A stretch of 64,000 bases of DNA from Octopus vulgaris (GCA_951406725.2 OX597823.1:16492001-16556000), one strand, 5' to 3'; positions 25,955 to 39,139 are shown, counted from the stretch's first letter. The notes: generated by a model from the sequence alone, not told the origin. A program made the numbers and translations.

Positions 25955-26365
25955 TCATCATCATCATCATTGTTCAACCGTGGTCGAGACAATGGAATTT
26001 ACCATGCTATGCCAGACTTCACGGTCCATCATGGCATTACGGAGGTCCTGTTGCTTGATGCCTGTATCCCTGGAGATTACATCAGGGTAGGAGAGTGTGC
26101 GCCCTCTGGTATTGCAAGTAGATGGCTTCCAGAGAAGAGTAGAAATTACCTCGTTTTCAGCTCTACAACAATGTCCAGTAAACTGGACTCTCCTTACCTT
26201 TCACAAGAGATGACACAGGTGGTAGTTTCCCATATATTTGCATTTTGGTTGGATGGCGCTTCCACGAGAAATTTTGAGCTCTCATAAGGAGGCGAGTGTA
26301 GGTTCCATCCAACTGCCTCTCAAGCTTCTTTGATAACGTCCAGGTTTCTGAGCCATATAGTAGAA
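25955..26365 (-). pseudogene. RTE-like LINE 3' fragment
   Basis: Minus-strand frame reads KVRRVQFTGHCCRAENEVISTLL..GRTL, followed by a (GAT)n tail. Confidence 0.6.
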
Positions 26366-26764
26366 GGATAGCATAGAGGTTTCTTTAATGAAGTTAGTGT
26401 GGCTGCCTTTTACAAAATAAAGTACCTAATGCCTCAGTATACAAGTTAACTTGTTCATGGAAACTGCTCATAAAATGAAAACTCATAAAGCGGAGCAAAA
26501 GTTCCCCACAGTAGCAATGTTATAAATCATAATTCGCTCCCAGAAAAGTATTTTTACCTATAAAATTCATAACACTCGTAAGTAAATGGCAATAAAACAA
26601 CAGTAGAAAGTAAAGAATATTTTATGTAAAGTAAAAAGAATGCCAAGCTCATTTATAATAAAGAATATTATTATCACATTATAGGGATGTACTTGCATAG
26701 CAAGTGACTTGATCTGCGATCGTGTACTAAAGCATAATCATAATTATAATGATAATCATAAATA

Positions 26765-27320
26765 TAATAATAATAATAATAATGAAATTATTGTATACAG
26801 TGCTCAGGTGCACCACAACTTGTCAGAAAGTGCATATAAAGTATATGCAGTAATGTACAAATGTCTGGAAAGTGAACAGTGTATGAGTCAGATACATGCC
26901 TATGTGTGTATGGAGGGGAGAAAATCAGGTGTAGTGTTGGCGAATCTCAGAAAGCATGGAAGTTTTGAAGGATGCAGTGCTCCGACAACTAACAACTGAT
27001 GCCAGCATTTTGTTCCATGCTTCAGCAACTCTCAGCGTGAAAAAATGTTTCCTGAAGTCATGGGAGCAGTGCTGTTTTCTGACTTTGTAAATATGTCCAG
27101 GGGTGTTAGATGGGTGGAGTTTGAAAAGGTGCTCAGAGTTATTGTTTGTACGATGGTTGATAATTTTATGAGTGTCTGCCAAGTCAGCTGCCAGACGTCG
27201 GAGTTTCAATGTGTCCATGCCCAGGGAAGCAAGGCATTCAGGATATGGCAAATGCCTGATGGAGGGTATTCTTTTGGTTGCACGTCACTGAACAGCTTCC
27301 AGACGATTGATATCCTGGGC
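26765..27320 (-). pseudogene. CR1-like LINE 3' end
   Basis: ORF 26925..27251 LASLGMDTLKLRRLAADL..THKII...HIYKV...RKHFFTLRVAEAWN matches the CR1 ORF2 C-terminus; (ATT)n tail. A short tail copy is at ~36500-36560. Confidence 0.85.
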
Positions 27321-28807
27321 AAGATAGGGGTTCCGGGCAAGATAAATCATAATCGTTTTCTGAATCACTTTCACTTGCACTAAACTTGTGTGCACCATCA
27401 CTTGTAGATGCTATCACCGATTCACAAGCACTCATAGATAGACTTGTAGATTTCTTTTTAAAAAACAAGTCTAGAGTTCTTTGCTTAGAAGAAGCTTTTT
27501 TTTTAACTCTCTATAAATTTCTCAATAGCATGCTGAAACATTTGTTATGATAGTAGACTCTTTTGCACTTCATTCAAAATTTGGATCTTGTGCTTGAAAA
27601 ATAAAACTCATAAACCTGGGGTCTCATAAAGCAGGTCCTCATAAAGTGAAGTATTACTGTATGTTAACTCTTTGTGAGACGAAAAGATGTCAACAGTCTC
27701 AGGCAGCATACTTTCTTCAGGAAGTGGACTGGCTGCCACATAGTTTCCATTTGCCAAATTTTACTCGTTAGGCTTTGGTTGATCTGAAGCTATGGTAGAA
27801 GACTCTAGCTAAAGAGGTTGCACAGTGGAACTGAATCCATTTGCTTGCTATTTCTCACAGGCCCAGCATTCGTGTGGAGATGTAAATTCATAAAGAAAAG
27901 CTAAGATGATAATTTAATCTATTGGCTAGATAATTTAATCTATTGGCTATGTATTTATCTATGTTGTTCAAATACATGCCACTGGTCACTCTGAGTTATT
28001 TCTCTAAGCTCATTTTTGTTTCAATTATACTAGGTAAGTTCTGAGGTTGATATAATCGATATATGAGACCATGCATCTTTGTCATAAATCATCTTCAACT
28101 CTTTTGATATCAACCTACCTGGGAGTGTCCCTGATTCTTAGATAGAAACCTCCCATTTTAACCCTTTAGCATTTTTTGTCACATATTTTCTGTACATTCT
28201 GAGCAAGTCCTGCTAGGATCAAGTTTTGATTTTCATAATCCCAGGGTCAACAAAACAGTATATCAAATACCAGACAAGTATATTAAATACCATTCAAAAT
28301 AAATTCTTGACTTCTTAAAATTATCTCCACCTCTATCAACTATGTCAACTATGATACTGTCAACTATGATACTCTGTAAGTATCATTACAGCAAAGCTAT
28401 CAATGTATCTCACCTATTGCCCAGTTTAACAACACCATTACCTTGTTATTGGGAGGTTTTACTATTCTACTACAAGCAACAATTCAGGTATTTGACCCAA
28501 GTATAGATGACCCAGTAGCAATGTCATGGTAATTATTTTCCTTTCTCTCTCTCCCTCCAGTTTTAGAAACCCTGCAAAGGTGGAGTGTTGTGTTTCTGAC
28601 AAAGCCAATTAGGTAAAAAAAACAACAAAAAAAACATTGGAAAACTTAGTAACTTGATTTAGTATGTTTGAATAAAAGAAGAGTGTGTCACAGATGTCTA
28701 TGGTTCATAAGCATTATCATCATCATCATCATTATTATCATCAACAACAACAAAGACACACTGGAAAATGTAATCCAAGATACGCAGTGGGACTGAACCC
28801 CCAATCA

Positions 28808-29170
28808 CATGGTTCCAGGTTCAGTCCCACTGCGTGGCACCTTGGGCAAGTGTCTTCTACTATAGCCTCGGGCCGACAAAAAGCCTTGTGAGTGGATTTG
28901 GTAGATGGAAACTGAAAGAAGCCCGTCGTATATATGTATATATATATATATGCGTGTGTGTGTTTGTGTCTGTGTTTGTCCTAGCATTGCTTGACAACCG
29001 ATGCTGGTGTGTTTATGTCCCCGTTACTTAGCGGTTTGGCAAAAAAGAGACCGATAGAATAAGTATTGGGCTTACAAAAGAATAAGTCCCGGGGTCGAGT
29101 TGCTCGATTAAAGGCGGTGCTCCAGCATGGCCGCAGTCAAATGACTGAAACAAGTAAAAGAATATAAAGA
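28808..29170 (+). mobile_element. SINE family A (5'-truncated)
   Basis: Matches the 17104 copy from CACATGGTTCC onward. Confidence 0.85.
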
Positions 29171-29436
29171 AAGAATAGAATACTGTATATTTGGTAAAAA
29201 AAGTAGAATTGTAAGAACTGGGAAATTTTTGATTGTACTTCTGCTCTAGTCCGAGATTAAACAATAACAGTAAGAAAAAAGACTAATGCCTAAAAATGGA
29301 AAGAATGATCTCAATTTTAATATCTTTGATCGTAGGTGTGAATAGCAACACAGTGGGAAAATCAATTCCCCTCTTCACAGAAATCCCAACATGTAAAAGA
29401 TGATATTTTAAAAATTGGTGTGAAAATTCAACTTAC

Positions 29437-29629
29437 CCAAAGCAGGAAAATCAATCCGGCATTTATTGAAATAGATTGGATCACTTAAATATCGATAATC
29501 AAGAACATCAGGCATAGTGGTACGACAACGCGAGTTATAATTGATCACTGAATATATTATTAATACCAGGTATATGGTTGCTAAAAATTTGATGAATATC
29601 TTTCTGCAATGCCTTAGCATCACTACCAT
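29437..29629 (-). CDS. GT7 beta-1,4-galactosyltransferase/GalNAc-transferase-like gene, coding exon 1 (cytoplasmic tail, TM anchor, stem)
   Basis: MVVMLRHCRK-IFIKFLATIYLVLIIYSVI-NYNSRCRTTMPDVLDYRYLSDPIYFNKCRIDFPAL: basic N-terminus plus hydrophobic anchor. Ends TTG G|GTAAGT (phase 1), matching the next exon. Polypyrimidine/TACAG acceptor upstream, so the exon starts at 29656. Confidence 0.8.
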
Positions 29630-29864
29630 TATGATGTAAATAACAGGCTGGAACCTCTGTATTAGAAAAAAAAGAAAGAAAAAAAAAAGAGATGAGTAAA
29701 AGAAAAGTATAGAAAAAAGTTTTTGTCACATATTTTCTGTACATTCTAAGCAAGTCCTGATGAGATCAAGTTTTGATTTTCATAATCCCAGGGTCAACAA
29801 AACAGTATATCAAATACCATACAAGTATATTAAATACAATACAAAATAAATTCTTGACTTCTTA

Positions 29865-30085
29865 AAATTATCTCCACCTCTAGAGGACACATCATAATTA
29901 CCAAATAGCAAGTAAGACCAGCTTCACTAGAGGTGGCAAGACATTAACTCTGTCCTTTTCCTTAATGGCATGTCAACTTTGGAGAAATTCTTCAATCTTA
30001 AGATTGTCTTCCCTTCCCAAATGGAGCTTGTCTTAATTGCCATTTGGTAATTATGGTACATCTTCTAGAGGCAGAGATAGCTTTA
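29865..30085. mobile_element. degenerate palindromic MITE-like element
   Basis: TATCTCCACCTCTAGAGGA..CATAATTACCAAAT is mirrored by ATTTGGTAATTATG..TCTTCTAGAGGCAGAGATA. Confidence 0.55.
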
Positions 30086-30301
30086 AAAAATTGTTCTTAA
30101 ATTTTTTAAAAAAGAATCTATGTTGTATAGTATTGGTTAAGAGCACGGGCTACTAACCCCAAGATTCTGAGTTCAATTCCAAGCAGTGACCTGAACATTA
30201 ACAACAACAACAACAACAATAATAATAATTGTACATAATTCCTCATCTCTTAAATATAGAACTGTACACTGCTTTTGTTTCAATTTAAAAATAATGAACT
30301 A

Positions 30302-30511
30302 CTCTTTTACTTGTTTCAGTCATTTGACTGTGGCCATGCTGGAGCACCACGTTTAGTCAAGCAAATTGACCCCAGGACTTATTCTTTGTAAGCCTAGTAC
30401 TTATTCTATTGGTCGCTTTTGCCAAACTGCTATGTTACAGGGACATAAACACACCAGCATCAGTTGTCAAGCGATGTTGTGGGGGGGACAAACACAAACA
30501 CACAAATATAT

Positions 30512-30587
<76 letters not shown>

Positions 30588-30730
30588 ACATATATACGAC
30601 GGGCTTCTTTCAGTTTCTGTCTACCAAATCCACTCACAAAGCCTTGGTTGGTCCAAGGCTATAGTAGAAGATACTTGCCCAAGGTACCACGCAGTGGGAC
30701 TGAACCTGGAACCATGTGGTTGGTAAGCAA
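30302..30730 (-). mobile_element. SINE family A
   Basis: Reverse-complement copy, 5'-truncated. Confidence 0.85.
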
Positions 30731-30770
30731 GAGTAGTACATTGTTTTTAAATTGAAACAAAAGCAGTGTA

Positions 30771-31130
30771 CAGTTCTATATTTAAGAGATGTGGAATTAT
30801 GTACATTATTTACATTTGAAAGATATTTGTCTTCGTCTTGTTTGTTGTTAACATGACAGGCATATGGCGTAGTGGTTAAGAGCACGGGCTACTAACCCCA
30901 AGATTCCGAGTTCACTTCCAAGCAGTGACCTGAACATTAACAACAACAACAACAATAATAATAATAATGATAACAACAACAACATCGAAAAATACCTTAG
31001 GACTGAGAACCCAGGTTCGAAATTTCCCCAAAACACCTGAAGAAGGCTGGAGGGTATATCAGCCGAAACGTGTTAACAACAAACAAGATGAGGAGAAATA
31101 TCCGTCAAATGTAAATAATGTAAATAATGT
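30771..31130 (+). mobile_element. tRNA-head/hammerhead Penelope-type module (family E): inverted 3' fragment plus full unit
   Basis: 12-bp TSD AAAAGCAGTGTA (30759-30770, 31131-31142). Inverted tail 30771-30853, tRNA-like head from ~30858, CTGAAGA at 31037 and GAAA at 31065. Confidence 0.85.
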
Positions 31131-31413
31131 AAAAGCAGTGTATTTCAACAAAAATTGATTAACAAAAGAGTGAAAGTGATCTAAATTAAAACCCTCCTTC
31201 ATAATTTCATGTTAATTTATGTTTCAAATACCAGCTTAATAATCCCTTTCTACTATAGGCACAAGGCCTGAAATTTTAGGGGTGGAGATTAATTGATTAC
31301 ATTGACACCAGTATTTGCGAAAGGATGAAAGGCAAAGTTGACCTTGGTGGAATTTGAACTCAGAACTCAATTCTGCCAGCTTGCTGCCTTATGCCAGCTT
31401 TATAATGACAGAT

Positions 31414-31804
31414 GTGGAGGCGCAATGGCCCAGTGGTTAGGGCAGCGGACTCGCGGTCGTAGGATCGCGGTTTCAATTCCCAGACCGGGCGTTGTGAGTG
31501 TTTATTGAGCGAAAACACCTAAAGCTCCATGAGGCTCTGGCAGGGATGGTGGTGATCCTTGCTGTACTCTTTCACCACAACTTCCTCTCACTCTTACTTC
31601 CTGTTTCTGTTGTACCTGTATTTCAAAGGGCCGGCCTTGTCACTCTCTGTGTCACGCTGAATATCCCCGAGAACTACGTTAAGGGTACACGTGTCTGTGG
31701 AGTGCTCAGCCACTTACACGTTAATTTCACGAGCAGGCTGTTCCGTTGATTGGATCAACCGGAACCCTTGTCGTCGTAACCGACGGAGTGCTTCTAAAAA
31801 AAGA
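31414..31804 (+). mobile_element. tRNA-derived SINE family C
   Basis: A-box TGGCCCAGTGG and B-box-like GGTTTCAATTCC. 10-bp TSD AATGACAGAT (31404-31413, 31805-31814). Confidence 0.88.
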
Positions 31805-32397
31805 AATGACAGATATTTTACTAAATTCTTCAATGTTTTCAAAATTTATTGAAGGAACATATCTCAGCAGAAATACAGTAACAAAAGAGTTAAATCAATA
31901 TATAACAAAATAGGCAGGGGTTGGTAGAAGTAAAGTGGAAAACATTGTGAGTTCCATCTCTTTATTGTTCTGAGTTCATATCCCACTGAGGGTTAACACG
32001 ACCTTTCACCTTTCCAGAACTGATAATGAAATAAAAACTGGTCAAGCACTATAATTAATCTAATCAGCTCATCTTCTCTTCCAAAATCTGCAGTTCAGTT
32101 AGATATTTTTATTAACACTTTTAATACCAGCCCACGTACTAATACAAATGTTTACATTTAAATTAAAATCTCAGTCCAGATCATATAGTGAGATTTTGGT
32201 CAACATCAAAGTGATAATCTATATATAAACTTGGAGATATTTTATTAAACCCTTTCAAAATATTGCAAATATTATATCAAAAATTAATCAAAACACATAA
32301 GTAGTCTATCCATTTGGAGGATTAACAGCATGAAGTTGCAAAGTAACATTTATCATCATGCTATTAAACATTTATGTATTTTTATGTGCATTTATAG

Positions 32398-32436
<39 letters not shown>

Positions 32437-32437
<1 letters not shown>

Positions 32438-32830
32438 TAGCAGTATCGCCCGGCGTTGCTCGGGTTTGTATGGAAAATAACTATATAAGCATTTTTAGAG
32501 ATGTAAAGTATAATAGCCAGCTCAATATGGCTAACCACAAAGGGGGGTGTTACTGTAGCTTTTTACGTTCTGAGATTTAATAATACATTTTTAGAGAGTT
32601 ACTTCCCTTATATAATAGCAAAAAAATGCATTAAAAATGGGAAAAAATGATGGTAAATTTTTTTTTAAATCGTAGACTCATCGTAGATGTGCGCTAATAC
32701 CCAGAAGGGCTCGATATGAATCACGACTATAAGATACCCGCTTTTGGTTACACTGCACCGCAAAATGTGGTGGTAGTTAGGAATCTAAATCGTAGGAGAC
32801 AGACACACAACTTCACTTTTATATATATAT
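32437..32830 (-). mobile_element. non-autonomous Helitron
   Basis: Minus-strand 3' end CCCGAGCAACGCCGGG hairpin, CGATACTG, CTAG|T. Same family as the copy at 38153. Confidence 0.8.
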
Positions 32831-33562
32831 ATATGGGCAGAAACCCTATGGACCTTAGTAAACAAAGAAAAAAGTGTGCGTGTGTCTGTATCTAAAGATA
32901 GTCATGCATCTGCAATTCATTGAAAAGTGAAGGAAATTGTAATACAATGATTACTTAATGCATTTCACATTTAAACTTTATGCACAATTTTATAGACTTA
33001 ATACACAGCACTCATAAAATAAATATTCACTTCAAAATTTACATGGTCACAATTTCATATCTAGAAACAAAACTTTTATAGTAAAAAAAATTGACATGAG
33101 CTTCATTAAAAAGGTAAAAAAAAAAAAAAGGAATCTATTGCTTATAAGCTAAGCAGCCAATTTCATTTCACATGAAATTAAATCATATTAACAGTTAAAA
33201 AAAAAAAAATAGAAATCAGAAAATACATTATAAAAATGATATGAATTGTCTGATATATTTTAAAAATCAAGGTCAGTGAATTAGTAAAAATGATTGAATT
33301 CCAACCAAAATGCCATGCAGTATATATATATATATATCAGGCGGGCTGGCAGAAACGTTAGCATGCTGAGCGAAATGCGTAGCCGTATTTCATCTGTCAT
33401 TACGTTCTGAGTTCAAATTCCACCGAGGTCGCCTTTGCCGTTCATCCTTTCAAGGTCGATAAATAAAGTACCAGTTATGCACTGGGGTCGATGTAATCGA
33501 CTTAATCCGTGTGTCTGTCCTTGTTTGTCCCCTCTATGTTTAGCCCCTTGTGGGCAGTAAAG

Positions 33563-33607
<45 letters not shown>

Positions 33608-34487
33608 TTTACATTCTGAGTTCCAATCTAATTAAAACTTACATCACTTTTCATCTTCCCAGAGTCAACAAGTACTAATCAATTACTGGAGGTAATAAAT
33701 TTGATGATACTCTTCCTCCAAATTTTTTTAAAGAAATTATTATTAATAAAAAGTTATGTATGGTTTTTAAAAGAAACCATTTGAAATATTTTGGTGTTTT
33801 ACTAACGGGGTCATTGGCTTGATCTCACAGTTCATGTGATGAAAATGAAGCAGTTTTGTTGTTGCACATTTTATGCACATCTACAAACTAATTACTTATT
33901 TCTTATTTCTTTATTGCCCACAAGGGTCTAAACATAGAGCGGACAAACAAGGACAGACAAAGGAATTAATTCGATTACGTCGACCCCAGTATGTAACTGG
34001 TACTTAATTTATTAAGCCCGAAAGAATGAAAGGCAAAGTTGACCTCTTGGAATTTGAACGTAATGGCAGACGAAATACCGCTAAGCATTTCGCCCACCGT
34101 GCTAACGTTTCTGCCAGCTCGCCGCCTTTCTACAAGCTAATTACTGGCACAAGTAACTAGGTTGTGGCTATTCAGCGAAACTTTTGATACTTTATATTAT
34201 ATGACATCATCATCAGCAGCAGCAGCATTATCATCACCACTCCCACCATCATTTTAAATTCCCTTGTCCATGCTTGCAAGCACCAGGCAGAATTTGTTGC
34301 AGTAAATGTTTATACTATGGCCTGATGTTCTTCCTGTCACCAATCTTCACCAGCTTCCAACTATGACAATATTTCCCCCATGACCAGATTGGAAACACAG
34401 GACACTGCTTGCACAACAATGACACTCATTTACAACCTTCACATGAGGTCAAGGTAAGGAGGATGATATATATATATATATATATAT

Positions 34488-34888
34488 AGGTACGGGTGTG
34501 GCTGTGTGGTAAGAAGCTTGCTTCCCAATCACATGGTTCTAGTTTCAGTCCCACTGCATGGCACCTCAGGCAAGTGCTTTCTACTATAGCCTTGGGCTGA
34601 CCAAAGCCTTGTGAGTGGATTTGGTAGGCGGAAACTGAAAGAAGCCTGTCATATATATTTGTATATATATATGTGTGTGTGTGTGTCTGTGTTTGTCCTC
34701 CCCACCACCACCACCACTACCATCGCTTGACAACCAATGCTGGTGTGCTTGCATTCCTGTAACTTAGTAGTTCGGCAAAAGAGACCAATAGACTAAGTAC
34801 CATTCTTACAAAGAATAAGTCCGGGAGTCGCTTTCTTTGACTAAAAAAAGGCAGTGCTCCAGCAACGGTGCACTCAAATAACTAAAAC

Positions 34889-34953
<65 letters not shown>

Positions 34954-35122
34954 TGTAGGAGTGGCTGTGTGGTAAGTAGCTTGCTTACCAACCACATGGT
35001 TCTGGGTTCAGTCCCACTGCATGGCACCTTGGGCAAGTGTCTTCTACTATAGCCTCGGGCCGACCAAAGCCTTGTGAGTGGATTTGGTAGACGGAAGCTG
35101 AAAGAAACCCGTCGTATATATG

Positions 35123-35155
<33 letters not shown>

Positions 35156-35370
35156 ATGTTTGTGTGTCTGTGTTTGTCCCCCCAACATCGCTTGACAACC
35201 GATGCTGGTGTGTTTACGTCCCCGTAACTTAGCGGTTCGGCAAAAGAGACCGATAGAATAAGTACTAGGCTTACAAAGAATAAGTCCTGGGGTCGATTTG
35301 CTCGACTAAAAAGGTGATGCTCCAGCACGGCCACAATCAAATGACTGAAACAAGTAAAAGAGTAAAAGAG
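34488..35370 (+). mobile_element. two tandem SINE family A copies (34488-34885, 34950-35370)
   Basis: Both match the family A consensus; the first is more diverged. Confidence 0.85.
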
Positions 35371-35434
35371 TATATATTAACAGAATGAGATAAAAATCCA
35401 AGGCTGTGAAAGATTTCAGAACATTTATAAATAG

Positions 35435-35482
35435 GTCTTACAGCTGTTTCTGAGATATTTTATATATCCCTTCATTGGAGAC
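35435..35482 (-). ncRNA. degenerate minimal type I hammerhead-like motif
   Basis: Minus strand: GTCT-CCAATGA-A-GGGATAT-ATAAA-ATATCTC-A-GAAA-CAGCTG-TA-AGAC. Stems I and II and the palindromic stem III are intact, but the core is mutated. Confidence 0.5.
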
Positions 35483-38152
35483 AGAGATTTTTATATCATT
35501 CTGTTAATTTTTATATATATATATGCATGCTGATATATGACCTACATTGAACTCCTCATTCGCATAATCCCCGAACCTGGAACTTAACTATAGTCTGTCC
35601 ATAGCACTTACTCAGCATTACCTGACACCTTTGGGTCTTCTTGACACCATTACCTCTCATAACCTCAATATATATACATACACACACACACACACACACA
35701 CACAAGATACTTCTTTCAATTTCTGTCTACAAACACCATTCACAAAGCTTTGATCAGACTGGAGCTATAGTAGAAGGCACTTGCCCAAGGTGCCACACAA
35801 AAAAAAACAATTTAACGGTGTATATGTGTTTCCAGTAGCTACCATGACTCATTCACAACAAAAATTTTTTAATAAAAAAAAGAAACTCATTTATTTTTAG
35901 ACAGCGTGGAGGAAATTTTCCAAAAGGTTAAGTAGGATTAAATATTTAATTTTGTAAAGATTTATTATTTTGTGTTTCTGACAGCATGTGATACAGCAGT
36001 TTAACAAAATCTAATGAGAATAACCATACTGCAGGAAGTGAATACATAAATAAATAAAATTAGCTATATACATAGAATTTGTTTACATGGGGATGTTCAA
36101 ATGATGTAAACTTCCTAAATATTCTGCATTTCTTGTTTATAAAAATACTATTTAAAAACAGCTGAAGTCAAAGGAAACTGGTTTCCTAGAAACGGATCCA
36201 TTTCTTTTTAAACATTTCCTCCATTATATATTTACACTGGTGTAAAGCAGGAAAGAGCCAGAGCTAACAACAGGCCTTCAATAAGGTTGTTTAACTTGCT
36301 AGAAGTAGGAAGCAAAACTTCAAACCATATCTTATTGGCTGAAAATAGCAAGAACACATTGGATGTTGTACTGTATACTCTATGCTAGAATAAAGATAGG
36401 ATGGGTACAGATAGAATATCATTGATCATAGGTGTGTTCAATCAAGACTGAACAGAGGCTAAAAAAAATAACCAATATGTAAAACTTATAATTATATAAT
36501 AATAATAATAATAATAATGTAATTATTGTATACAGTGCTCAGGTGCACCACAACTTGTCAGAGATTTTCAAGTGTATTTTGGTAGAAGATGGTATGTACT
36601 TTTAAATTATGTTTATTGTAGTTACATTACCCAGCTCACACTCTTTTAATCTTTTACTGGTTTTAATCATTGGATTCTGGCCATGTTGGGGCACCACCTT
36701 ATGGACCTTTTAAATCAATCATTTTGACCTTCCTTCCCATCACCAGTACTAATTTTGGTCTGGTACTTGTTTAATTAACCTCTATCAAATGGCAAAGGTA
36801 CACAACTTTTTGATGTAAAGGTACATAATTTGGCATACTCTTTTACACTGGCATACAGAGATACCTCTCTTCTGGCAAGCTGTTGCTGAGCTAGGTCTCT
36901 CTCTCTCTCTCTCCATCCCCATCTACCTTCCTCTTCCTCCTTCTTTCTCATTATGTGTTATGCCTCTGAAACCAGCTGGGAAGGCCAACAAGTATTTTCT
37001 CCCCCACTTTCCTTGGTTTCCCACTCATTTCTTTCAGTTTCCCATTCATCACCAATTGCCCAAGGATTTTTCTTCTCAAAGTGTCCAACATCTCCTTATG
37101 ATAAGTTTATTTGGTGGTCTTTGCTAATTTGAGCACTTTGATATTTGTTACTCTGCTTAGCACACCTTTAGCATCGATAAGTTGTTACATTTATCTGTTG
37201 ATGTTCCAGGTTACACAACCATATGTAATGATGGGTTCTATATATGCCCTGAGGGGTATTTTCCTCTCTCTCATTGATAGCTTTTTTTGATAATGTATGG
37301 TTGATCTCACCAGTTTTAGCTAGTCCAATTCTTCACTTAATTTTTTAGATGTTTCTTTCCTATCAGATGCATTCCTAAATGCTTAAAACTATCAACTTGT
37401 CTCAGTGTTGTTCCCTTAATTCTTAAGTTGCAAACTGGTGATACTTTCTGTTTTCTATGAGATTGCCATAGTCTCTGTGTTTTTGCCCTTAAGACCAAGA
37501 GACATCTTCTCACTTGTCATTAATAGTACGAACTGATATTTGTAGCACATAAACTATGCAGAAGATAGATTCTTGATGAACTGAGCTAAGTCAAGGCATG
37601 AGAGAAGAGGCTGAGGGCAGAGGAATAAAGTGTAAAACAGGGATGAGGGAGACGAGAGAAAAATGATGAGCTTCTTTGGTCTTGTTAATATTACAAGTAT
37701 TATTATTGTTATTATTATCATCATCATTAATATTTTTAAAGATTACTACATGTATTTCTTAACATTTGACATGCTTCGGAGGTCAGACAAAATTTACCCT
37801 ACATAACCCCTCCTCCCTTCCCGTTAAATTTAAATGGTTTGCAAACATGTCTCAGTAAGTGAAAATATTTCAAGTAAAAACCAAGAAAAAGACCCTCTAG
37901 ATGTTCCAGGTTACACACCATCATTGCTTGACAACCAATGTTGGTGTGTTTATGTCCCCGTAACTTAGTGGTGTGGCAAAAGAGACCGATAGAATAAGTA
38001 CTAGGCTTACAAAGAATAAGTCCTGGGGTCAGTTTGTTTGACTAAAAAGATGCTGCTCCAGCATGGTCGCAGTCAAATGACTGAAACCGATAAAAGAATA
38101 AGGTTGACAGAGGTGTTAAATACATAAGTATTGAATTGAATGTTATTGGGTA

Positions 38153-38458
38153 CTAGCAGTATCGCCCGGCGTTGCTCGGGTTTGTAAGGGAAATAGCTAT
38201 ATAAGCATTTTTAGAGAGTTACTTCCGTTATATAAAACCGAGCGAAAAATGGATTAAAAATGCGGAAAAATGATGGTAAATTTTTTTTTTAATCATAGAC
38301 TCATCATAGACACACGCTAATACCCAGAAGGGCTCGATATGAATCACGACTATAAGATACCCACTTTTGGTTAAACTGCACTGCAAAATGTGGGAGTAGT
38401 TAGGAATCTAAATCGGAGTAGACAGACACACACACAACTACAGTTTTATATATAAAGA
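38153..38458 (-). mobile_element. non-autonomous Helitron with both ends
   Basis: 5' A|TC..., 3' hairpin plus CTAG|T. Inserted between A and T with no TSD. Confidence 0.85.
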
Positions 38459-38785
38459 TTTGTCTATAGAATGCTAAACATGTACATAATGTATTAAATG
38501 TTACTTAATATTTGGCAGTAGAGAGTGTAAAACACAAGAAGCAATGCCTAAAACGTTGCTACACAATGATTCGCTTGAAAGATTCAATTAGTTTTGTTTC
38601 AGTTATTCCTGCTATTTTTATGAAGACTCAAAAAGACACTGTAAAATCAATAACACCTGTTCATATTCATCAAGATAGCGTTTTGTTTACTCAACTCCTT
38701 AACTGGGATCAATGCTTCTTTTTATAGCAGTTTAACCAATGGAGTCACTATGTAGTCACTTGGAATGCTAGAAATAGTAGCCAAA

Positions 38786-38833
<48 letters not shown>

Positions 38834-38891
38834 TCAAATCATAATTTAATGGTTAAAAAAAATATTGGGAAACATATAGGATAATGTAGTC

Positions 38892-39139
38892 AGTAAAAGC
38901 ACCATCCGTTCGTGTCCATTGCCAGCCTCGCCTGGCCCCCGTGCCGGTGACACGTAAAAGTGGCACCTGTGCAGGTGGCACGTAAAAAGCACCCACTACA
39001 CTCACAGAGTGGTTGGCGTTAGGAAGGGCATCCAGCCATAGAAACACTGCCAGATCTGATTGGGCCTGACGAAGCCTTCCAGCTTCACAGACCCCAGTTG
39101 AACCGTCCAACCCATGCTAGCATGGAAAGCGGACGCTAA

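Larger units (their letters stand above)
28173..29882 (+). repeat. ~163-bp direct repeat (28173-28335 and 29720-29882)
   Basis: TTTTGTCACATATTTTCTGTACATTCT...TTATCTCCACCTCTA occurs twice with few mismatches. Confidence 0.9.

Noticed and set aside
9186-29629. assigning a gene symbol (bre-4 or B4GALT1)
   Set aside because: Family membership is clear, but orthology cannot be determined without a phylogeny.
30858-30930. functional tRNA gene (also at the SINE heads 31414, 17104, 20074)
   Set aside because: A/B boxes and an anticodon-like arm are present, but the acceptor and T stems do not pair properly and each head is fused to a repeat body.
34985-35188. recurrent peptide YQIHSQGFGRPEAIVEDTCPRCHAVGLNPEPCGW as a gene family
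   Set aside because: This is the antisense translation of SINE family A.
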